From NCBI GenBank assembly GCA_963815115.1, contig CAWFFN010000005.1, positions 576,001 through 640,000 of the forward strand: 64,000 nt of DNA. Direction: 5' to 3'. Below the pieces are notes generated by a model. It made no database searches, was not told where the DNA came from, and was given only the letters and a program-made list of their open reading frames with translations. The translations under genes and the position numbers were made by a program. Of this stretch, positions 54,201 to 63,129 are shown one piece after another. This stretch comes from an uncultured delta proteobacterium. GTDB taxonomy: Bacteria > Desulfobacterota > Binatia > DP-6. How positions within the stretch are numbered: position 1 is the stretch's first letter; every line of letters starts with the position of its first letter.

Positions 54201-56860
54201 ATCGGTGTTCCGCCGGGGTCGACGACGGCGGCCTGCGCCTGGAGATCGCCCCGCTCGAGCACCCAGCGCTCCGCGCGCACCCCTGGCAGCCAGCGTGCAG
54301 GCCAGAGCGGCGCCGCCGCCGACACGGTCTGCGTCTCGCCGTTCGGATCGCGGAACTCGACCTCGGTCGCGAGTCGGCCCGGTGTCGCCGGCCGGGGCAG
54401 CAGGACGAGCCGGGCGCGCGCCGTCCCTGCCGGATCGAGAACGAGCTGCTGGCGCGGCAGGGCGCGCGGCTTCGTCTCGCTGGCCGATTCCTCGTCGTCG
54501 CCGTGAAACACGCCCTCGCGCACCGGACCGTTCGCGATGTCGAAGCCCTCGAGCCCCGGCGGCGACGAGAACACGGACGGCCTGATCTCGGCACGGACCG
54601 TGACGGGCAGCTTGGCCGCCGCGCCGCCGGCGAGATAGCGCACCGCAACGTCGGCGGAGATCTTCTTCGGCGCCACGAGCGGCTCCCCGGGAAGCCGGAG
54701 CGCTCCCTGCATCAGCGGGACGCGGAACTCCTCCACCCGGAAGCTGCCGGCGATGTACTCTCGCGCGCTCCAGTCCGGCTTGCCCGCCGCGGCCGGCCGC
54801 ACCAGGACGACGTCGTAGCGGCCGAGCTTGGCGGCCCGCGGGATCTCCCAGGTGCTCTCGGCGCTGCCGTCGTCGTGCCACGCGAGCGGCTGCTCGTAGT
54901 GCTCGTCGCTCCCGAGATGGCGGATCGAGAGCAGCGTCGGACGCTCCGCAAGAGGTGTCGCCGCGAAGCCGGCGAGCGATGCCTCCCGGAGCAGGTGCTT
55001 CATGTGCACGGTCTCGCCGGCGCGGAACAGCGCGCGGTCGAGGATGCTGTGCGCGATCGTGGGACCGTCCCAGGGCTCGGACGGCAGGCCGAAGCGGAAC
55101 GGCTCGATCCCCTCGTCCCACGACGAGTGCACGAGACCCATGTCGCCGTCGTGCTCCACCGTCACCAGCAGGCCGCCGTCGAGTCCGCGCAACGCTCGCA
55201 CCTGCCGCCAGTCGAAGAAGTTTTCCGGCCAGGTGAGGGTGCAGGACGGGAGCGCGTCGTCGGCGGGCAGCGAGGCGAAGTGCGCCAGGCCGTCCGCGTC
55301 CGTCGTCGCAGTCGCCAGTGCCGTGCCGCGGCAGTCGGCGATGGAGACCAGGGCGCCGCCGACGGGGCGTGCCCCGTCGAGCGTCGTCACCCAGACGAGC
55401 GAGGCCTCGCGGCCCCGCTCGAGATGGACGGAGAGGTCGGTCACCAGGGCGGCGGCGGGCACGAAGATCGGGGCCGGCTTGCCGAGCAGCGCCCTCCCGA
55501 GGCGCGGGCTCGCCAGCTCGACGATGTAGAGTCCCGGCTCGCCGAGCGGAAGACCGATCACCTCCATCGCGCGGTCGGGACGCGCCCGGGGCAGCTTGAT
55601 CGGCCGCGTTGCCGCGCCGGATCGCTCGCCCGCGAAGACCGATCGGGTCCGGGACGATACGGCGACGCGCCGCAACCAGCGCAGCGCGTCCGCCGCCGGC
55701 ACGCGCGCGATGCGGCCACCCACCCGGAGCTGGCGGCCGCCCGCGGCGGGTCCGAGCCCGCGCACCGTGACGGGAAGCGTGGGATCCGCCTTCGCTTCGA
55801 TGATGCCGAAGCGCGCGGCGAACTTGGCGAGCGGCGGGTAGGTGTCGGTTCGCACCGCGAGCGGGAAGCTGCCGTCGTTCTCGAGAGCGCGGCCGGTGTC
55901 GTCGGCGAGGTTGGGGGGCAGCTCGAGGCGGAAGCTCGCCTCGGGCGGGAAGGGTGGCAGGAAGGTGAGCTCGTCGACCCAGCCCTCGCCCCGAGGCAGC
56001 TCGGGACCCCAGCGATGGCCGTCCGGTCCGACGAGGGCCGCACGGGCGGCGTCCGACGACGTCACCGGACTCGAGAAGCGCAGGCGCATCGGCGCGAGGG
56101 GGATGCAGCCGCGGGTCGCGCTCTCGCGCTCGCAGGCGAAGTCGGCCGTGAAACGCGGCCGGGTCGTCCAGGCGATGGTCTGGGGCGCCTCGGTGGCGAC
56201 GCCGCTGGCGGACCGGATTCCCGCGCCCCACGTCAGCGTCACCGCCGCGTCGTTCGGGAAGCGCCGGCGCGCGGCGAGCACGACGAGGGGCTCCTGGCGC
56301 TGCCACTCGGAGAGCGTGGCGAGGATCGCGGCCCGCTCGTCGCCCCGGACCACGGTGACCGGGATGCGCTCCGGCAGTCCGGCGGCGGTGAACCAGGCAT
56401 GCTCTGCGATCGAGGGCTCGTCCGGTACGGCATCGAGCCCGAGCACGAAGGCCTGATCCTCCGCGATCTGATCCTTGGCGGCCGGATCCGGACGCAGGAT
56501 GGCCGGACCGCCGGTCGAGAAGCCGAACGATGCGGCCGCGACCGGCTCGCCGGCGAGCGTCGCGAGTCCCGCGCGCACGCGGAACGTGCAGCGCACCCCG
56601 CCCGGCAGGTCGCGCGCGAAGTCGTAGACCCACGTGCGCGGATCGAGCCAGCGTCCGCTTCCGCCTTCGGGACACTCGATGTCGAACGGTGCGGCCGCTC
56701 GCGGGTCGCCCAGGGCGACGACGGGTGCCGAGAAGTGCGCGCTCGCCTGGCGCACCTGCTTGACGGTCCCCCGCGGGTTGAAGCGGTCGATGCGCGCTGC
56801 ACCGGCCGCGTCTGCCAGCGGTGCGAGGCCGAGAACGAGGACGAGGCACGCGGCGCGCAC
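51275..56860 (-). CDS. Bacterial alpha-2-macroglobulin (YfhM-like)
   Basis: Signal peptide from GTG 56860, MG domains (DRALFRAGETV, F.VEEFR), intact thioester YPFTCLEQ, VEALYAPE; paired with pbpC. Confidence 0.93.
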   Translation of the reverse strand: MRAACLVLVLGLAPLADAAGAARIDRFNPRGTVKQVRQASAHFSAPVVALGDPRAAAPFDIECPEGGSGRWLDPRTWVYDFARDLPGGVRCTFRVRAGLATLAGEPVAAASFGFSTGGPAILRPDPAAKDQIAEDQAFVLGLDAVPDEPSIAEHAWFTAAGLPERIPVTVVRGDERAAILATLSEWQRQEPLVVLAARRRFPNDAAVTLTWGAGIRSASGVATEAPQTIAWTTRPRFTADFACERESATRGCIPLAPMRLRFSSPVTSSDAARAALVGPDGHRWGPELPRGEGWVDELTFLPPFPPEASFRLELPPNLADDTGRALENDGSFPLAVRTDTYPPLAKFAARFGIIEAKADPTLPVTVRGLGPAAGGRQLRVGGRIARVPAADALRWLRRVAVSSRTRSVFAGERSGAATRPIKLPRARPDRAMEVIGLPLGEPGLYIVELASPRLGRALLGKPAPIFVPAAALVTDLSVHLERGREASLVWVTTLDGARPVGGALVSIADCRGTALATATTDADGLAHFASLPADDALPSCTLTWPENFFDWRQVRALRGLDGGLLVTVEHDGDMGLVHSSWDEGIEPFRFGLPSEPWDGPTIAHSILDRALFRAGETVHMKHLLREASLAGFAATPLAERPTLLSIRHLGSDEHYEQPLAWHDDGSAESTWEIPRAAKLGRYDVVLVRPAAAGKPDWSAREYIAGSFRVEEFRVPLMQGALRLPGEPLVAPKKISADVAVRYLAGGAAAKLPVTVRAEIRPSVFSSPPGLEGFDIANGPVREGVFHGDDEESASETKPRALPRQQLVLDPAGTARARLVLLPRPATPGRLATEVEFRDPNGETQTVSAAAPLWPARWLPGVRAERWVLERGDLQAQAAVVDPGGTPIAGAPVRIDVFERRTSSTRKRVVGGFYAYDHTTEVRRVGELCRGVTDPQGRFACSGRPAVGGDVVLQASVTDPDGHTAAASTDVWVSRGQQWWFETGDADRIDVLPERRHYDPGETARFQVRMPFREATALVTLEREGVMDARVVSLSGTAPVIELPVEAAWAPNVFVSVLVVRGRVGDVQPTAMVDLGRPAFKLGIAEIEVGWRAHTLDVTVTTDRPVYRPREHAAATIAVKDADGKPLAAGGEIAVAVVDEGLLELAPNQSWKVLDAMMGRRGYGVRTATATLEVVGKRHYGLKAIPGGGGGGRQPTRELFDTLLLWQGRVALDANGEAHVDVPLNDSLTSFRIEAIATAGLGMFGSGGTSIRSTQDLMVLPGLPPLVREGDRFRAGLTVRNTTDRAMTVDLRGTVAGLTEPLAPQTLSLAAGEAAVAGWDVTVPAGATSLAWDVEVAERGGAADHVRVTEQVLPAVPVTTLAATLLQWTPDGAPVPVQRPDDALADRGGVAVSLAPSLDAGLDGVRDWMRRYPFTCLEQRVSRAVALGDQAIWRDVTAALPAFQDRDGLLKYFPTQAEGSEVLTSYVLALSSTAGWALPGDARDAMLQGLRRFADGKLRRDSRLPDLPLRKLAALEALSRYGRAEASDLQSIEAEPELWPTSAVLDWWSILRRVPGVPDRAARLAQAEQIVRARLDLSGTTLRFSTAAQDDLWWFMTGPAVNAGRLALLLTDAGAWHDELPRLVRGALGLQRGGHWGTTPANAWGTLAVERFTRAFEATPVTGLTTVVLGGEREAVTWAKTPAGGTLDLAWPAGPAELSIEHAGTGRPWLTVSSRAAIPLHEPLASGFRITKRVEPIEAAEPGVLHRDDRLRIRLEVEAQSDMGWVVVDDPIPAGASHLASGIGSGAASDAEDLAQLTPTFVERTFASYHAYYEYVPKGRFVAEYVIRLSQPGTFQLPPTRVEALYAPETFGELPNSPLEVR

Positions 56861-56874
56861 CGCTTCGTCCTCGA

Positions 56875-58107
56875 TCAGAAGACGGGATGGATCGCCTTCA
56901 ACCGCTCCTCGGCCGCGGCCACGAGGGCGTCCTCGGCGCGCTCGTCCGCCGCCTCGTAGGTCACCGAGAAGCGGAGGTGCGGCCCGGCGTCGTCCCACGG
57001 GACGGTGACGATCGAGTGCTCGTGGATCAGGTGCTGGCTGGCCGCCTCGGCGTTCTCGAACTGCAGGCCGCCCGCCGTGCCGCGCGGGGCCTGGACGTAG
57101 AGGAAGTAGGTGCCGCCGGGCATGTCGCACGTGAAGCCGCACCGCCGCAGCATGGCGACGAGCTTCTCGAGGCGCCGGCGGTACTTGTCGCGGGTGCGGC
57201 GCGGGATGTCGAGATCGTCGAGGGCGGCGATGGCGGCCTTCTGGATCGCAATGAACTGACCCGAGTCGCTGTTGTCCTTGACGTCGGCGAGCGCCTGCAC
57301 GAGGCGGGCGTGGCCGCAGAACCAGCCGAGCCGCCAGCCGATCATGTCGAAGCCCTTCGACATGGAGTGGATCTCGATGCCGACGTCCCTGGCGCCGGGC
57401 ACCGCGAGGAACGAGAGCGGCTCGCCCTCGAACGTGAGCGCGGCGTGGATGGCGTCCTGCACCACGACGACGTGGTGCTCCAGCGCGAAGTCGACCACGC
57501 GCCGGTAGAAGTCGCGGGTCGCGACGACGCCGGTCGGGCTGTTCGGGTAGTTGAGGACGAGGAGCTTGGCGCGGCGCTTCACGTCGGCGGGGATGCCGTC
57601 CAGGTCGGGAAAGAAGCCGTGCTCGCGCAGCAGCGGCAGCCGGTGCACCTCGCCGCCGTAGTACCGCGTGTGCGTGCCGGCGACGGGGTAGCCCGGCACG
57701 GTCATGAGCGTCACGTCGCCCGGGTTGATGAAGCAGGCGGGGATCATGGCGAGCGCCGGCTTGCCGCCGATCGAGTGGTTGACCTCCGTCTCCGGATCGA
57801 GCCGGACGCCGAAGAAGCGCTCCATGAAGCGTGCCGCCGCCTGCTTGAAGGCCGCGATGCCGTTGTCGGCGTAGCCGCGATTCTCCGGCTTGCCGATCTC
57901 CTCGGCCATGACGCGGCGGACCAGCTCGGGCGCCACGCCGTCGTTCTCGCCGATGCCGAAGTCGAGCAGCTGCCGCTCCGGGTGGTCGGCCAGCGCCTGA
58001 CGCTTGGCACGCTTGATCTTCTCGAACTTGTAGATCTCGGTGCCCTTGCCGTAGCGCGCGCCGCCGATGCGGTCGGCGAAGAGGGTCTGGAAGTAGGGGT
58101 CGCTCAT
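56875..58107 (-). CDS. dapL: LL-diaminopimelate aminotransferase
   Basis: FADRIGG...YKFEKIKRAK N-terminus, LNYPNSPTG, PLP lysine in HSMSKGFDMIGWR, DSGQF.AIQ. Confidence 0.88.
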   Translation of the reverse strand: MSDPYFQTLFADRIGGARYGKGTEIYKFEKIKRAKRQALADHPERQLLDFGIGENDGVAPELVRRVMAEEIGKPENRGYADNGIAAFKQAAARFMERFFGVRLDPETEVNHSIGGKPALAMIPACFINPGDVTLMTVPGYPVAGTHTRYYGGEVHRLPLLREHGFFPDLDGIPADVKRRAKLLVLNYPNSPTGVVATRDFYRRVVDFALEHHVVVVQDAIHAALTFEGEPLSFLAVPGARDVGIEIHSMSKGFDMIGWRLGWFCGHARLVQALADVKDNSDSGQFIAIQKAAIAALDDLDIPRRTRDKYRRRLEKLVAMLRRCGFTCDMPGGTYFLYVQAPRGTAGGLQFENAEAASQHLIHEHSIVTVPWDDAGPHLRFSVTYEAADERAEDALVAAAEERLKAIHPVF

Positions 58108-58230
58108 GGTGGCGTCTCCGCTCGGGGGATCGGGACGCTTCTATACGCCGCAACCGGGTGGGAACAAGGTTGGGGAGGGGGGAGGTTGCCCGGGACGCCA
58201 CGAGCGGACGGTCGCCCAGTATGGAGTCCA

Positions 58231-58259
58231 TTGACGTGTCGGTGCGCGGGGCCTATCTG
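58231..58259 (+). promoter_or_regulatory. Sigma70-like promoter for the TPR lipoprotein gene
   Basis: TTGACG, 17 nt, TATCTG. Confidence 0.4.
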
Positions 58260-58332
58260 TCGCGGCTGCGTAGATCTCGTGCCTGGAGCGGTTCGCGTTT
58301 TGCCCGAGATGCGAAAGGAGGTGGGTGGGAGC

Positions 58333-59316
58333 GTGACGCCCGTCTCCGCGAACGCTGCTCCGTCGCGTTCGAAGCTTCGACCGCGAGCGGCGATGCTGGC
58401 GCTCGGGATCGCCGTCGCCGGGTGCGCGACCCAGGCCGACCTGAGGGAGCAGGGGCGGGCGTTCCAGGGGATGATCGACCAGCAGTCACGCTCCATCGAG
58501 GATCTGAAGCACGCGATCGAGGGACTACGCACCGAGGTCGAAGGGAAGGGGAGAGGGCCGCGCGCGGTGCCGCCGGTGGCACAGGCTCCCGCCCCGCCGC
58601 CGGCCGGGGAGGAGGTCACCAAGCTCGAGAAGCGCCTCCACGAGCTGGAGCATGAAAAGACGCGCTCCAAGGAGATCGGCATGACCCTGTCTCCCGAGGG
58701 CATGTCGAGCGCGGAGACGGCGGCGGCGGAAACAACGGCAACGACGCCCGGCGCCGCGCCGGCCACGGAGCCGCCACGTGCCGGAGAGAGCCCGGCCGGA
58801 GGCGTGGCGCCGGGGGAGAAGGAACCGCCGCCGCAGCTCGCGGCCGTACCGCCGACCCCGCCACCCCCGCCGCCGGTGCCGATCGACGCAAGCTGGAAGC
58901 GGGAGGTCGCGCAGGACCAGGCGGTGGTGAGCGCGATGGCCGTCCCCGAGCGGTCCGAGTACCTCGGGGCGCTCGACAGCCTGGCGAAAGGCGACTGCGC
59001 GACGGCGGCCCCCCGGCTCGGCACGCTCGCCGCGGGCCCGAAGTCTCCGCTCAGTGACAACGTGCTCTACTGGCAGGCGCGCTGCGCGGCGGCGCGAGGA
59101 GACATGAAGGAAGCGGAGTCGAAGCTCGAGGACGTCGTCACCCGCTACCCGAGGGGCGACAAGGCTCCCGCCGCGCTCCTCGAGCGCGGCAAGCTCCTCA
59201 TCCGCACGGGAGATGAAGCGAGTGCCCGGATGACGCTCTCCAAGCTGATCAAGGAGTATCCGAGCACGGCGGAAGCGGCGCAGGCGCGGCTCAAGATCAC
59301 CGAGATCGAGCGCTAG
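58333..59316 (+). CDS. CpoB/YbgF-like TPR lipoprotein
   Basis: SD AAGGAGG, lipobox VAGC, coiled coil, Pro-rich linker and TPRs (SDNVLYW, YP..DKAPAALL, YPSTAEA..A). Start uncertain (58309, 58333 or 58393). Confidence 0.8.
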   Translation: MTPVSANAAPSRSKLRPRAAMLALGIAVAGCATQADLREQGRAFQGMIDQQSRSIEDLKHAIEGLRTEVEGKGRGPRAVPPVAQAPAPPPAGEEVTKLEKRLHELEHEKTRSKEIGMTLSPEGMSSAETAAAETTATTPGAAPATEPPRAGESPAGGVAPGEKEPPPQLAAVPPTPPPPPPVPIDASWKREVAQDQAVVSAMAVPERSEYLGALDSLAKGDCATAAPRLGTLAAGPKSPLSDNVLYWQARCAAARGDMKEAESKLEDVVTRYPRGDKAPAALLERGKLLIRTGDEASARMTLSKLIKEYPSTAEAAQARLKITEIER

Positions 59317-59487
59317 ACAATGGTGCGGGCCATGAGGTCTCTACGGGACGATCTCGAACCCGGCGGCGCCGAAATGTCGGTCGAGTGTGAACGCCCGCCG
59401 CAGGTTGCGGTCACGCATGACAAGGAGATGGTGGACCCCGGCCGGGGCAGTGCGTCGGGGCCGTGACACCGCGCCCGCGATCTGTTT

Positions 59488-61128
59488 TCACTCCGGGTAG
59501 TACGCCGCCGTCAGCGTGCACATCTCGTCGTCCGTCGTGAGGCCGAACTTCACGTCCGTCGGGTTGCCGGTCGCATCGCGCCGGACGTCGCGGGTGACGC
59601 CGTTGTCCTCGAGGCACTCGTAGTCGATGTGGTCGCCGGGGGCGAGCACGATCGGCGGGTCGAACGGCCACCAGACCGGATGGGCCCAGTCGAAGTTCTC
59701 GAAGATGACCGTGCCGTCGGCATGGCGCGCCGTGAAGCGGAGGCCGCGCTTGTGCATGTGTCCGGCGAGCTGGACGATCACCATCGACTGGGGCCCCGCG
59801 TTGACCAGCCGGCCGGTCTGGAGCTTCTGCGTGCCGGGCGGGACGTCGATCGAGAACATGTCGTCGAAGTCGGTGAGGGTCTGCACGACGTGCGCCGGCG
59901 TGCCGTCGAACGGGTAGATGTTGACCCAGACCCTGATCGGCACCGGCACGTCGAAGTCGTTCGCGTAGTGCGCGTTGAGGCCCAGGTAGCCGCCGGCCGG
60001 CAGCACGCGCGCCATGCCGTCGGGCAGCGTGTCGACGAAGTAGGGCGCCTGCGGGGCGCCGCTCAGCGTCGCGCCGAACATGGCGCCCGAGATGCAGCCG
60101 GCGTCGTTCGCGCCCCAGACGCCGGTGGTCGGCGTGCCGGGCTTGTCCCACTGGAACACGGCGAAGTGATGGGTGCCGGGGTTGAGGGTGAACTCCCATC
60201 TGCCCGCCGTGAAGTCCGCGGGGTACGGCGTGGGAATCCAGAGGCAGCCCTCCTGCTCCTGTCCCGGCTCCAGGGTGGGGCCGTCGAGCTCGAGCTGGTA
60301 GCCGCCCGCCGGTACCGGCGGCTGCGTCACCGGGACGAACTCCGGGGGCGGCAGGCAGGGAGCGCTCTCGACCCGCCCGGTGCGCGGGGCGCCACCCGCG
60401 ATCCACGCCTCCACCAGGGCGATCTCGTCGCCGCTCAGCGGCGCGCCCACGAGCGGCATGCGGCTGCCCTCGCCGGCCGCGAGCGTTCCGCGCAATTTCC
60501 TGACCAGGAAGCTGGCCGCGGGATCGCCGGGGACGACGCGCGTGACGTCCGCGGCGCCCGTCGCCGGAGCGCCGACGAGCTGGTCGTACGACACGTCGGG
60601 CAGCAGATCCAGATTGCCGCTCCGGTACGCGCCGTGGCAGGTGCTGACGTTGCACCCGTGCGCACCGAAGATGCGCCGCTGGATCGTGGCGAAGGTGTCG
60701 AGACCCTGCGTGCAGCTGGTCACCGCGGCGGCGCGGGTGGCCCGGAACCAGCGCGGACGGCCGAGTCTCGTCGCGTGGGGATAGGCGATGCGCAGCGTGC
60801 CCCTCATCTCGTTGCACGACGCGCGGTCGATGGTGGCGGAGAGCACGGCCATCCGGAGGCCGCCACATAGTCCCTTCCAGCGCGCCTTCACGACCGTGCC
60901 GCGCTTCCTGGGCTTCATCCTGACGGCCGTCGGGGCGCACGGGCCGACGATGGACGCCTCCGTGGACGTCAGCAGCACGGCCTGCGCATTCTGCCGTCCC
61001 GGCATGACGAGCGGTGAGCCCGCGACCACGAAGCGTCCGGGAGCGCAGGGCGGTGGGACGGCGCGGGCGTCGCGCGCGAGGAGCAGCAGGAACGGCGCCG
61101 CGAGCAGGGTCAGCGTGTGCTGGCGCAC
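59488..61128 (-). CDS. Secreted copper type II (PHM-like) monooxygenase with upstream cytochrome c-like domain
   Basis: Copper ligands GTHHF, NAHY.N, GHMHKRG and DEMC; upstream CNVSTCH...PGDP..SFLVRKL...RMP...WIAGGA. Confidence 0.75.
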   Translation of the reverse strand: MRQHTLTLLAAPFLLLLARDARAVPPPCAPGRFVVAGSPLVMPGRQNAQAVLLTSTEASIVGPCAPTAVRMKPRKRGTVVKARWKGLCGGLRMAVLSATIDRASCNEMRGTLRIAYPHATRLGRPRWFRATRAAAVTSCTQGLDTFATIQRRIFGAHGCNVSTCHGAYRSGNLDLLPDVSYDQLVGAPATGAADVTRVVPGDPAASFLVRKLRGTLAAGEGSRMPLVGAPLSGDEIALVEAWIAGGAPRTGRVESAPCLPPPEFVPVTQPPVPAGGYQLELDGPTLEPGQEQEGCLWIPTPYPADFTAGRWEFTLNPGTHHFAVFQWDKPGTPTTGVWGANDAGCISGAMFGATLSGAPQAPYFVDTLPDGMARVLPAGGYLGLNAHYANDFDVPVPIRVWVNIYPFDGTPAHVVQTLTDFDDMFSIDVPPGTQKLQTGRLVNAGPQSMVIVQLAGHMHKRGLRFTARHADGTVIFENFDWAHPVWWPFDPPIVLAPGDHIDYECLEDNGVTRDVRRDATGNPTDVKFGLTTDDEMCTLTAAYYPE

Positions 61129-61159
61129 GCGGCCCTCATCGCGCCGCCGGCCCCGGCCG

Positions 61160-62197
61160 TCAAGGGGCGGCGCCCCGTCCCGGCGGCCGGATGCCGAGGA
61201 GCTCCTCCTTGCGGCCGCGCTCGACCAGCGCGCGGCCGGCTTCGAGCAGCGGACGGCCGCGATGGAGGACGTGGTACACCTGCTCGGTGATCGGCATCTC
61301 GACCCCTAGCCGCTGCGACAGCCCGTACGCCGCCGCCGCCGTCGAGAAGCCCTCCGCGACGGCGCGCTGGCTGGCGAGGTAGCTGGCCGGATCGACGCCC
61401 TCGGCGATGCGCTTCCCGAGCGTGCGGTTGCGCGACAGGTCGCCGGTGCAGGTGAGCACCAGGTCGCCGACGCCGGCCATGCCGAGGAAGGTGAGGGGAT
61501 CGGCGCCCAGTGCCACGCCGAGCCGGGTGATCTCGGCGAGGCCGCGGGTGATGAGCGCCGCCCGGGCGTTGGTGCCGAAGTTCAGGCCGTCGCAGGCGCC
61601 CGTCGCCACCGCCAGCACGTTCTTGATCGCGCCGCCGACCTGCACGCCGATCGGGTCGGCGCTGGTGTAGACCCGCAGCGCGACCGAGTGCACCAGCGCC
61701 TGCAGCCGGCGCGCGGCCAGCATGTCGGCCGACGCCACGACCACGTCGGTCGGCAGCCCCTGCGCGACCTCGCGTGCGAAGGTGGGCCCGGACAGGAACC
61801 CGAGCCGCTCCGGCGCGAGGTCCGGCATCGTCTCCGCGATCACCTGTGACATGAGCAGGAGGCTGCCCTCCTCGATCCCCTTGGTCGCGACGACCACCGT
61901 CGCGTCCGGCGGCACGGCGGACGCGATGGCGGCGGAGACGCCTCGCAGGTGGGTCGACGGCGGAACCAGGATCACGATATCGGCACCGGCGACGACCGCC
62001 GCGGCGTCCTGCGACGCCCCGATCGTGTCCGGCAGCGCGATCCCGGGCAGGAAGGCCGTGTTGGTGTGCGCCGCGCAGATCTCCTCGGCAACCTCGCGCT
62101 CGAACGCCCACAGCATCACCTCGTGCTCGAGCCGCGCCAGGTGCGCGGCGAGCGCGGTTCCCCAGGCTCCGGAGCCGACGACGGCGAAACGTGCCAT
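61160..62197 (-). CDS. gpsA: NAD(P)H-dependent glycerol-3-phosphate dehydrogenase
   Basis: GSGAWGTALA, TKGIE, SGPTFAREV, GGAIKNVLA, GDLVLTCT..LSRN. Confidence 0.97.
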   Translation of the reverse strand: MARFAVVGSGAWGTALAAHLARLEHEVMLWAFEREVAEEICAAHTNTAFLPGIALPDTIGASQDAAAVVAGADIVILVPPSTHLRGVSAAIASAVPPDATVVVATKGIEEGSLLLMSQVIAETMPDLAPERLGFLSGPTFAREVAQGLPTDVVVASADMLAARRLQALVHSVALRVYTSADPIGVQVGGAIKNVLAVATGACDGLNFGTNARAALITRGLAEITRLGVALGADPLTFLGMAGVGDLVLTCTGDLSRNRTLGKRIAEGVDPASYLASQRAVAEGFSTAAAAYGLSQRLGVEMPITEQVYHVLHRGRPLLEAGRALVERGRKEELLGIRPPGRGAAP

Positions 62198-62281
62198 GCC
62201 GCCACCATACCTCCGCGAGCGGGGATGGGGCGAGCCCGTGCCCGGCGCCGGGTGATGGCCCCGGAGCGTGTCGTCACACGC

Positions 62282-63106
62282 TCAGCCGCCGGACGTCGGT
62301 GCCATCCCGGGCTGTGCGTGCAGGCGCATGAGCACCGCCGCCGCGCGCGACCGCAGGTCCTGCTCGTGCGCGTTGCTGGCGATCGCGCGCATGAATTGCT
62401 CGATGTTCGGGCCGCCGAGGCGTTGCGCGGCGCCGGCCAGCGTCTGATCGTCCATCCCGCCGACGGCATTCTGGAACGCCTGCAGGACGCTCGGATCTCC
62501 CTCGACGGTCTCGATGCAGGTCTTCGCGGCCGCATTGCGCACCTCGGAGCTCTCGTCGTGCAACGCGGTCCTGAGGAGCTGGTCGAAGGTTGCGACGTCG
62601 GCTCCGAGCGCGTGCGCCAGGATTCCGCTGATGGGAATCGGCGGATGATTGCGCAGCGGCAGCATGACGCTGCCGGCCAGGAGAGCCATCTCGGGAGGAA
62701 GTGGCTCCGGCTGCGCGGGCGCCGCCTGCACCGAGACCGCCGGCCCGGATCCCAGCAGCTGGATCTCCCGCAACCCGTGGCGGCCGTAGACCAGGTTGAA
62801 GCTGTTCTTGCCGAACAGGCGGTCGAGGCCCTCGACCAGCGGGACGTTCTCGAAGTCGGCGTTGATGCGCGGGATCGTCGGCTGCGCGCCCTGGATCGTA
62901 GCGCCGGTGCTGCGCGCCAGCTCCTGCAAGACGTCGGCGGTCGCGGCGTCCTTTGCCCGCACCGTGAGCTTGTCGTCGTGGTAGCGCACCACGAGCGGCG
63001 CGGCCGAGCCCGGCGGCTTCTCGTCCGCGCGCGCGGCGCCCGCGAGGCCCACGGCGAGGCTTCCCAGCAGCGCGATGGTGCGGAAGCAGCGCCTGCGCAA
63101 CGACAT
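62282..63106 (-). CDS. Secreted hypothetical protein (STN-like N-domain and HEAT-like helices)
   Basis: Signal peptide, LTVRAKD...DVLQELAR.TG...PL.EGL.RL, then ALHD...EVR.AA. Confidence 0.65.
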   Translation of the reverse strand: MSLRRRCFRTIALLGSLAVGLAGAARADEKPPGSAAPLVVRYHDDKLTVRAKDAATADVLQELARSTGATIQGAQPTIPRINADFENVPLVEGLDRLFGKNSFNLVYGRHGLREIQLLGSGPAVSVQAAPAQPEPLPPEMALLAGSVMLPLRNHPPIPISGILAHALGADVATFDQLLRTALHDESSEVRNAAAKTCIETVEGDPSVLQAFQNAVGGMDDQTLAGAAQRLGGPNIEQFMRAIASNAHEQDLRSRAAAVLMRLHAQPGMAPTSGG

Positions 63107-63129
63107 CCGGTGCGTCCGCGTTGCGGCTG

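Noticed and set aside
49140-56860. A2M-pbpC pair as a novel system
   Set aside because: This is a well-known conserved operon, and the thioester motif is canonical.
51275-58231. Apparent 2318-aa alpha-2-macroglobulin with a long N-terminal extension
   Set aside because: The first ~457 codons are an off-frame reading of dapL; a signal peptide begins at GTG 56860.
59332-59466. 44-codon plus-strand ORF after the TPR lipoprotein gene
   Set aside because: No SD, no motif and atypical codons; most likely intergenic.
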